A stretch of 64,000 nt of DNA, taken from contig OY970325.1 of the NCBI GenBank assembly GCA_963717145.1, forward strand, positions 4,640,001 to 4,704,000, read 5' to 3'. Position 1 is the first letter of the stretch; every line of letters starts with the position of its first letter. Source of the DNA: an uncultured Armatimonadetes bacterium. Its GTDB lineage: Bacteria; Armatimonadota; UBA5829; DTJY01. Position numbers and translations under genes: made by a program. Under the pieces are notes generated by a model. That model did not search any database, had not been told where the DNA came from, and worked only from the letters and a program-made list of their open reading frames with translations. Shown in pieces: positions 57,471-64,000 of this stretch.

Positions 57471-59300
57471 ATGAAAAGAAACCGCCCACTGTGGCTTACC
57501 GTTGTGCTGGTCCTGCCATGCATGCGCGTCCTCGCACAGCAGCCGGCGGATATCCAGGTCACGAAGGACAAGGTGATCTGTTTCGCCCTCTACACAGTGC
57601 ATAACAACACCCTGAAGCTTACCGCCCAGCTCTATCCGCTCGACGATGCCGACCCGCGTGTCGTCCGCCTGGAGGTCAAGCAGGGCGCGGAATGGAAGCA
57701 GATCGCCACCACCCATATCATCAACCCCGGCTGGAACGCCACATTCCGCGTGACCGGCTGGGTCGTGACGAAGGAAGTGCCGTACCGCGTCCGACACGGC
57801 GAGTCGGCCGTCTACGAGGGCATCATCCGCCGGAATCCGGTCGACAAGGACGAGATCGTCGTGGTCGCATTCACCGGCAACTCGATCAACCCCGCGCACG
57901 GCGGCGATGTCTCCAAGCAGGATATCGTCGAGAACGTCAAGCGCCTCAATCCCGATCTCCTGTTCTTCTCGGGCGATCAGGTTTACGATCACAACCGCCA
58001 CTACGCGCGCTGGCTGCAGTTCGGCCGCGATTTCGGCGATGTCATCCGCAACTACCCGACGATCACCATCCCCGACGACCATGATGTCGGCCAGCCGAAC
58101 CTTTGGGGCGCGGGCGGCAAGAAGTCGAACAAGCCCAACGGCGATGACGGCGGCTACGTCAAGCCGGTGGAGTACGTCCAGGAGGTCCAGAGGGCGCAGA
58201 CGAGCCACCTCCCCGATCCCTTCGATCCGACGCCGGTCGAGCAGGGGATCGGCGTCTACTACACGGCGCTGAACTGGGGCGCCATCAGCTTTGCCATCAT
58301 TGAGGACCGCAAGTGGAAGTCGGGCCCGGCCGGCCTTATCGAGCAGAAGGGTCCGCGCCCGGACCACGTCACCGACCCGAACTACGATCCGGAGGACCTC
58401 GACGTAAGTGGCGCGGAATTGCTGGGAGAGCGGCAGTTGAAGTTCCTCCGGCTTTGGGCTCAGGACTGGAAGGGCGCTGAGATGAAAGCGGTCCTCTCCC
58501 AAACGACGTTCTGTGGCGGCGCGACGCTCCATGGAAGCCGCGACTATCGGGTCTTCGCCGATCTCGATTCCAACGGTTGGCCGCACACGGGGCGAAACAA
58601 GGCGCTGGCGGAGATGCGGAAGGGCTTCGCGTTCCACCTCGCAGGCGATCAGCACCTCGGGATGATCGTCCACTACGGAATCGACGACTGGAACGACGCG
58701 GGCTATGGGTTCAGCGTCCCCTCGATCGCCAATCTCTATCCGCGCTGGTGGGAGCCGCTCGAACCGGGGAAGAATCGGGGGATCGGGCAGCCGAAGTACA
58801 CGGGCGAGTTCCTCGATGGATTCACGAACAGGATCACGGTCCTCGCCGCCGCGAACCCCCGCCTCGGTGTAGGAGCGGCTTCCCAGCCGCGATCCGACGG
58901 CCCACTCGACATCCGCTCGGCGGGATTCGGCGTCGTCACGTTCGACAAGACCAAGCGCACGATCGAGATGGAATGCTGGCCGCGAAACGTCGATGTCACC
59001 GATCCGAAGGCGAGGCAGTATCCCGGCTGGCCGCGCACCGTGACTCAGATGGACAACTACGGGCGAGAAGCAGTTGCCTACCTCCCGACGCTCAAGGTCC
59101 GGGGCATGACCGATCCCGTCGTCCAGGTGATCGACGATGCCGGCGAGATCGTCTACACCCTTCGCATCCGGGGCCGGGAGTTCCGCCCGAAGGTCTTCCG
59201 CGAGGGTACGTACACGATCAGGGTCGGCGACAAGGAGTTCAAGGGCATCGAGTCCCTCCCGCCTGGCAAGCCCGGTGAGTTGGCGGTGGATCTACCGTAA
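57471..59300 (+). CDS. PhoD-like (alkaline phosphatase D superfamily) metallophosphoesterase
   Basis: Signal peptide; SGDQVYD, PDDHDV and LAGDQH motifs. Confidence 0.75.
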   Translation: MKRNRPLWLTVVLVLPCMRVLAQQPADIQVTKDKVICFALYTVHNNTLKLTAQLYPLDDADPRVVRLEVKQGAEWKQIATTHIINPGWNATFRVTGWVVTKEVPYRVRHGESAVYEGIIRRNPVDKDEIVVVAFTGNSINPAHGGDVSKQDIVENVKRLNPDLLFFSGDQVYDHNRHYARWLQFGRDFGDVIRNYPTITIPDDHDVGQPNLWGAGGKKSNKPNGDDGGYVKPVEYVQEVQRAQTSHLPDPFDPTPVEQGIGVYYTALNWGAISFAIIEDRKWKSGPAGLIEQKGPRPDHVTDPNYDPEDLDVSGAELLGERQLKFLRLWAQDWKGAEMKAVLSQTTFCGGATLHGSRDYRVFADLDSNGWPHTGRNKALAEMRKGFAFHLAGDQHLGMIVHYGIDDWNDAGYGFSVPSIANLYPRWWEPLEPGKNRGIGQPKYTGEFLDGFTNRITVLAAANPRLGVGAASQPRSDGPLDIRSAGFGVVTFDKTKRTIEMECWPRNVDVTDPKARQYPGWPRTVTQMDNYGREAVAYLPTLKVRGMTDPVVQVIDDAGEIVYTLRIRGREFRPKVFREGTYTIRVGDKEFKGIESLPPGKPGELAVDLP

Positions 59301-59303
59301 ACG

Positions 59304-59370
59304 GCTGTAGGGGCGTGCCTTGTGCCGCCCGGTACGTGGGTGCGGGCGGCACAAGGCACGCCCCTACAGC
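59304..59370. repeat. GTAG-type REPIN (GTAGGGGCGYGCCTTGTGCCGCCC family), intergenic copy
   Basis: Perfect 28-bp arms at 59304-59331 and 59343-59370. Confidence 0.9.
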
Positions 59371-59413
59371 GTTGATCTCCCGTGCCAACCGGTAGGAAAC
59401 AAAGGAGTCTGAA

Positions 59414-61456
59414 ATGACCAAGCTTATCATCAGCCTGTGCATCCTGATGTGCATCCCGGCGACCGCCGACATCACCGCGATCATACCGGAGATGCCCGGG
59501 ATCGACGCCCAGTGGACGTGCGTCCCGCTGGAGAGCCTCGACCTGAGGAACATGTCGCAGGAGTACGGCGAGCCGAAGATCGCCAAGTCGATCATCGACA
59601 AGCCGCTCACCCTCGGCGGGACCGTATTCGAGCGCGGAGTCGGAAGCCATGCCGCGAGCGAGTTGATCATCGACCTGAAGGGAGCGGCGAAGGCGTTCAT
59701 CGCCATAGTCGGCGTTGATGACAACACGCAGGGCAAGGGCTCGGTGATCTTCAGCATCCTCGTCGATGGCAAGATAGTCGCACGGACCGCCGTAATGAAG
59801 GGCGGCGACAAGCCGATCCGACTCGGCGTTCCCCTCGCAGGCGCGAAGACGATGATCCTGACCGTCGAGGACGCCGGCGACAACATCATGTTCGACCATG
59901 CGGACTGGGCCGACGCGTGCATATTCCTCCCCGGAGACACGGACAAGGCGTTGTACCCGCAGTCGATCGCGCATCTCGGGCAGGAGCCGATGGAGATCGC
60001 CCCCGCCGACAACACGACCCTGCGAATCAACTATCCGCGGATCACCGGCGCGACTCCCGGGCGTCCGTTCCTCTTCCGCATCCCCGCGACCGGCATCCCG
60101 CCCCTCCGGTTCTCCGCCAAGGGCCTCCCCGCGGGACTCACTCTCGATCCGAGCACGGGCATCATCACTGGTTCCCTCCAGGAAGCCGGTGAGTGGAACG
60201 TCGGGCTCACCGTCGCCGAATCCTCTTCGCCTGTAGGGGCGCGCCTTGTGCCGCCCGCCGCGGGGTTGCGGGCGGCACAAGGCGCGCCCCTACAGGCGAA
60301 GGGGTCGTCCGCATCCGCCACGCTCACCATCGTCGGGGGCAACCGCAAGGTCGCGCTCACTCCGCCGATGGGCTGGAACTCCTGGTACTGCTGGAGCAGC
60401 CATATCACCGCCGACAAGATGATGGCCCACGCCGACATCATGGTCAAGTCCGGCCTCGCGGGCCACGGATACCAGTACGTGAACATCGACGACTGCTGGG
60501 AGGGCGGGCGCGACTCGACCGGCGAGATCCAGACTAACGAGCGATTCCCCGACATGAAGGCGATGGCCGACTACATCCACGGCCGCGGCCTGAAGTTCGG
60601 CATCTACTCCTCCCCAGGTCCGCAGACGTGCTCCGGATACGAGGGCACCTACCGCCATGAGGTCCAGGACGCGAAGACCTACGCGCGCTGGGGCGTCGAT
60701 TTCTTCAAGCACGACTGGTGCAGCTATGGGAAGATCGCGAAGGACGGCAGCCTTCCCGAACTCCAGAAGCCCTACGCCATCATGCGCTACGCACTCGACG
60801 CGAGCGGCCGGGACATGGTCTACAGCCTCTGCCAGTACGGCATGGGCAACGTCTGGGAGTGGGGCGACCTCGTCGGCGCGAACATGTGGCGCACGACGGG
60901 CGACCTGCTCGATAGCTGGGGGAACATGGCGCGGATCGGCTTCGGCCACGCCGGTCGGGAGAAGTACGCCGGCCCGGGGCATTGGAACGACCCCGACATG
61001 CTCTGCATCGGCAAGGTCGGATTCGGCAACCTGCGCCCGTCGAAGCTCACGCAGAACGAGCAGATCACGCAGATGACGCTCTGGAGTCTGATCGCCGCGC
61101 CGCTGCTCATCGGCGGCGATATCATGGAGATGGACGAGTTCACGCTCGACATCCTGAGCAACGACGAGGTGATCGCGGTCGACCAGGATCCGCTCGGCAA
61201 GGCGGCGAGTCGGATATGGCAGAAAGGCGACCTGGAGGTCTGGGCCCGCCCGCTCGCGGACGGCACGCATGCGGTCGGCCTCTTCAACCGGAGCGCCTAC
61301 AAGGCGAAGGTAACGGTCCGCTGGTCGGATATCGGAATCATCGGCCCACAACCCGTCCGCGACCTCTGGCGTCACAAGGACCTCGGCGTCTTCTCCGATT
61401 CCTTCTCCGCGACCGTCCTCCCGCACGCGGCGTGGATGATCAAGGTGGGGAAGTAA
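59414..61456 (+). CDS. GH27 alpha-galactosidase with NPCBM and putative Ig (He_PIG) domains; contains an in-frame REPIN
   Basis: TPPMGWNSW, NIDDCW, WGVDFFKHDWC, MWRTTGD and WNDPDML motifs. Confidence 0.9.
   Translation: MTKLIISLCILMCIPATADITAIIPEMPGIDAQWTCVPLESLDLRNMSQEYGEPKIAKSIIDKPLTLGGTVFERGVGSHAASELIIDLKGAAKAFIAIVGVDDNTQGKGSVIFSILVDGKIVARTAVMKGGDKPIRLGVPLAGAKTMILTVEDAGDNIMFDHADWADACIFLPGDTDKALYPQSIAHLGQEPMEIAPADNTTLRINYPRITGATPGRPFLFRIPATGIPPLRFSAKGLPAGLTLDPSTGIITGSLQEAGEWNVGLTVAESSSPVGARLVPPAAGLRAAQGAPLQAKGSSASATLTIVGGNRKVALTPPMGWNSWYCWSSHITADKMMAHADIMVKSGLAGHGYQYVNIDDCWEGGRDSTGEIQTNERFPDMKAMADYIHGRGLKFGIYSSPGPQTCSGYEGTYRHEVQDAKTYARWGVDFFKHDWCSYGKIAKDGSLPELQKPYAIMRYALDASGRDMVYSLCQYGMGNVWEWGDLVGANMWRTTGDLLDSWGNMARIGFGHAGREKYAGPGHWNDPDMLCIGKVGFGNLRPSKLTQNEQITQMTLWSLIAAPLLIGGDIMEMDEFTLDILSNDEVIAVDQDPLGKAASRIWQKGDLEVWARPLADGTHAVGLFNRSAYKAKVTVRWSDIGIIGPQPVRDLWRHKDLGVFSDSFSATVLPHAAWMIKVGK
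60225..60301. repeat. Same REPIN family, in frame inside the GH27 gene
   Basis: Perfect 34-bp arms at 60225-60258 and 60268-60301. Confidence 0.9.
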
Positions 61457-61562
61457 GGGTGTTGGGTGTTGGGGGGCCGGAAGACCGCTAGCCCTGAGTG
61501 TGCCGGTGAATGACGGCATGTATCGAAGGGCGGCCTCCGCAAGACGAAAGGACGAATAGCGC

Positions 61563-61967
61563 ATGGACTTGGGACTTGGTGTTCTGCAATACGCCTTCCT
61601 TCATAAACCATTGCTGATCGGCGGGAAAGCCATGGAGTACCACGGCCTGCGGAAGGCCGGGGCCGACACCGATCTGGTGATCCATCCGGACGACCATGCG
61701 GCGCTGCTCGCCAGGTATCCCGACAACGTCAAGGATCTGTACGGAGACATCGGCATCTGCGAGTTCGGCTTTGAGATATGGAATCAGATCTGCACATTCG
61801 ACTACGAGTACCTGAGGGCCAACGCGATAGAAGAGCCCGGTTTTCTGGTGGTGTCACTGGAGAGACTGCTGTTCTTGAAGGCGCTTGCCATGCACATACC
61901 AAAGTATCACGATGACCTTGAGATGGTGGTTGGCCTTGTCCTGAAGAGAGCCTACGGGAAGGCATAG
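61563..61967 (+). CDS. Hypothetical protein, nucleotidyltransferase-like
   Basis: LIGGKAM..G.R...DTDLVI; LLFLK...K..DD. Confidence 0.55.
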   Translation: MDLGLGVLQYAFLHKPLLIGGKAMEYHGLRKAGADTDLVIHPDDHAALLARYPDNVKDLYGDIGICEFGFEIWNQICTFDYEYLRANAIEEPGFLVVSLERLLFLKALAMHIPKYHDDLEMVVGLVLKRAYGKA

Positions 61968-62023
61968 CCGTCCCATCCGGAGGCCACCCATGACCAACCC
62001 CAAGCGGCCTCGAAGGAGACAGC

Positions 62024-62500
62024 GTGTCGAACTACATCAAGGATCTAAGAGAACTGATCGGTAACAGGCCGCTGATCGCTTGCGCGGCGTGCGTGATATT
62101 CATGGATGACGCGGAGCGAATCTTGATGCAGCGGCGGACCGACAACGGCAGTTGGGGTCTTCCGGGCGGGGCGATGGAGATCGGGGAGGACCTGGAGCAA
62201 ACCGCCAGGCGCGAAGCCCTCGAGGAGGTCGGCCTGACGTGCAATGCCCTCGAATTCCTCGCAGTCCATTCCGGCCCGCAGTTCTACTCCCGATATCCCA
62301 ACGGAGATGAGAGCTACGTCGTTGCGGCTTCGTATCTTTGCCGTGACTACTCCGGGACCCTTGCCGCCGACCAGGACGAAGCGTCGGATGCCCGGTTCTT
62401 CGCCCTCTCGGATCTGCCACCCGAGATCAACCCGGTAGACCACCTCATCTTGGACAGCTTCCTTCGGTTGCGCGCCGTCCCATGCGGAGGCCAACCATGA
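62024..62500 (+). CDS. NUDIX hydrolase
   Basis: Nudix box GGAMEIGEDLEQTARREALEEVGL. Confidence 0.9.
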   Translation: MSNYIKDLRELIGNRPLIACAACVIFMDDAERILMQRRTDNGSWGLPGGAMEIGEDLEQTARREALEEVGLTCNALEFLAVHSGPQFYSRYPNGDESYVVAASYLCRDYSGTLAADQDEASDARFFALSDLPPEINPVDHLILDSFLRLRAVPCGGQP

Positions 62501-62928
62501 ACACCGAATACCAGATCACCGAAGAAATCCCCGGCATCGATGAATACGAGGCCCTGCGAGCCTCCGTAGGGTGGGGCGGGATGAACCTGAAGAGCCTGGC
62601 AGGCGGGCTGAGGGGCTGCCTGTTGTGCGTGTGTGTCAGGAAGGGCGGTGAACTGGTCGGCTTCGGGCGGGTGCTCGGAGACGGATGCTCCGCGTTCTAC
62701 ATCCAGGATGTCATCGTCCACCCCGACCACCAGAAGAAGGGGCTCGGGAAGGCGATCGTGTCCCGGCTCATCGGCTGGATCGACTCCGTGTGCGCGGAAG
62801 ACACCTTCGTGGGACTGGAGGCGGCACGGGAAGCGGTCGGATTCTACGAGCAGTTCGGATTCAAGGCCCGCCCTCCGGATGCCCCCGGAATGGAACTCTG
62901 GCTCAAACGCCGCCAAGTCGGGCGCTGA
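62497..62928 (+). CDS. GNAT family N-acetyltransferase
   Basis: ATGA overlap; VHPDHQKKGLGKAIV and FYEQFGF motifs. Confidence 0.9.
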   Translation: MNTEYQITEEIPGIDEYEALRASVGWGGMNLKSLAGGLRGCLLCVCVRKGGELVGFGRVLGDGCSAFYIQDVIVHPDHQKKGLGKAIVSRLIGWIDSVCAEDTFVGLEAAREAVGFYEQFGFKARPPDAPGMELWLKRRQVGR

Positions 62929-62982
62929 ACTGCGGCTGAGTGATGGCACTCTCAGCGCCCTTCCCCAACACGGCTGAAGCGG

Positions 62983-63738
62983 TCAGGGTCGGTAGGCTGG
63001 GGACGCGATCAGTGTACCCGACGGGCTAAGCAGCCCGCGAGGCCTTTCATCCCAAGTCTTGCCCTGCAAGTCCCGGCCTGTCTTCTTCTTGTTGACGCCG
63101 CCCCACTGTTTGAAGAAGAACGGAACGGCTGTCTCAATGCATTGGTCCCGAAGCTCGGTAACCCATTCCTCTGACATCGTCCGCGCCTTGGGGCCTGATT
63201 CGCCACCAGCAATCACCCAGTCGATACCAGTGAGATCCAATGCCGATAACGGCCCAAGCAGGGGCTCGCACGACAGAAAACGGCTTCGGGCTCCCGAAGC
63301 TACCAAGTCCGTAGTCCGGTCGATGAAGTCTCCGCACTCAACCGTGACCCCCATCCATATGTTGTCAGTCCATATTAGGCGTTCGGAGAGTTGGAGCAGT
63401 CGGTTCGAGCGCTTGGTGAGTATCTGAAAGCGGTGCCACGTAGCTCGGTTCATGGTGGAAAAGACCCGCTCGATGAACTCGAACGGCACGTCCTCGTGGA
63501 ACAGATCGCTCATGGAGTTCACGAAGATCAACTGGGGCTTGCGCCATCGAAGCGGCAAGTCCACGGCGTGAGGATGACAAGTCACCTCGAAACCATTCCT
63601 GTAGTTCGGTTGGCCCATCGCCTGCAGACGCAGGGCCATCGGCCTGGCATAGCAGTTCTGGCATCCGAGACTTATCGGTGTACACCCAGTCACCGGATTC
63701 CACGTCGCTTCCGTCCACTCAATCTTAGATGTCCGCAT
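62983..63738 (-). CDS. DUF5131 / phage Gp37/Gp68 family protein
   Basis: IEWTEATWNPVTGC...GCQNCYA, FVNSMSDLFH, GGESG and FFFKQWGG motifs. Confidence 0.9.
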   Translation of the reverse strand: MRTSKIEWTEATWNPVTGCTPISLGCQNCYARPMALRLQAMGQPNYRNGFEVTCHPHAVDLPLRWRKPQLIFVNSMSDLFHEDVPFEFIERVFSTMNRATWHRFQILTKRSNRLLQLSERLIWTDNIWMGVTVECGDFIDRTTDLVASGARSRFLSCEPLLGPLSALDLTGIDWVIAGGESGPKARTMSEEWVTELRDQCIETAVPFFFKQWGGVNKKKTGRDLQGKTWDERPRGLLSPSGTLIASPAYRP

Positions 63739-64000
63739 GTTCGTCGCCTTTGTACTCGAAGAACGCCTTCACTGTGCTATGCTTGTAGCATTCCCATGAG
63801 ACGTAGAACGCACCTCTTCTGAGCTTCTCATTGCCAGGCGCTGGTTTCACTTCCAAGCTACGTGAATCCTGGAGTTCCTTGAGCACCGTATTCATGTGAT
63901 ATGGAAGAAACCCCGACCGCAGGCAGAATCGGTAAAGATCCAGGTTATCACATTGCCCGCCGCTCATGTACTTGATCGTGTCTCGGCGGAATCTGTCATA
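63725..64000 (-). CDS. C-terminus of a probable three-Cys-motif partner protein (TcmP-like); truncated by the window edge
   Basis: Overlaps the DUF5131 start; NLDLYRFCLRSGFLPYHMNTVLKELQ...RRGAFYV; this pairing is typical of DUF5131. Confidence 0.5.
   Translation of the reverse strand, partial: YDRFRRDTIKYMSGGQCDNLDLYRFCLRSGFLPYHMNTVLKELQDSRSLEVKPAPGNEKLRRGAFYVSWECYKHSTVKAFFEYKGDEHADI

Noticed and set aside
62983-63738. Prophage, based on the Gp37/Gp68 family name
   Set aside because: No phage structural, integrase or replication genes in the window.

Overview
GC-rich bacterial chromosomal window, probably Armatimonadota. This is inferred from the H-X9-DG prepilin-like protein, the GHL10 enzymes with an OB-like C-terminal module and the gene mix. 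Housekeeping content: purN, glmS, an RNase E/G gene and the TIGR03960/TIGR03936 radical SAM pair. There are many secreted carbohydrate or phosphoester enzymes (2x GHL10, 2x GH36, GH27, GH2, PhoD-like), a HEPN/MNT toxin-antitoxin pair, and defence-type genes at both edges (DUF4020/SIR2-like; DUF5131 plus TcmP-like). Four things stand out. (1) A six-gene membrane system at 2.7-12.2 kb: a catalytically degenerate M28/PA-FtsX giant, an OPT-like transporter, an unknown protein, a PqqD/RRE protein, a minimal FtsX and an ABC ATPase. (2) About ten unrelated families of REP/REPIN-like palindromes; four sit in frame inside protein genes, and two of those have intergenic sister copies with compensatory base changes. 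(3) A non-coding array of 9-10 palindromic 22-bp units upstream of a helical plus FN3-like gene. (4) A secreted caspase-fold protease-like gene followed by WD40 and paralogous PepSY-like genes. About eight single-base frameshifts, including one in glmS, are most likely consensus errors. No rRNA, tRNA, CRISPR array or transposase was seen. All family assignments come from motif recognition, not database searches.
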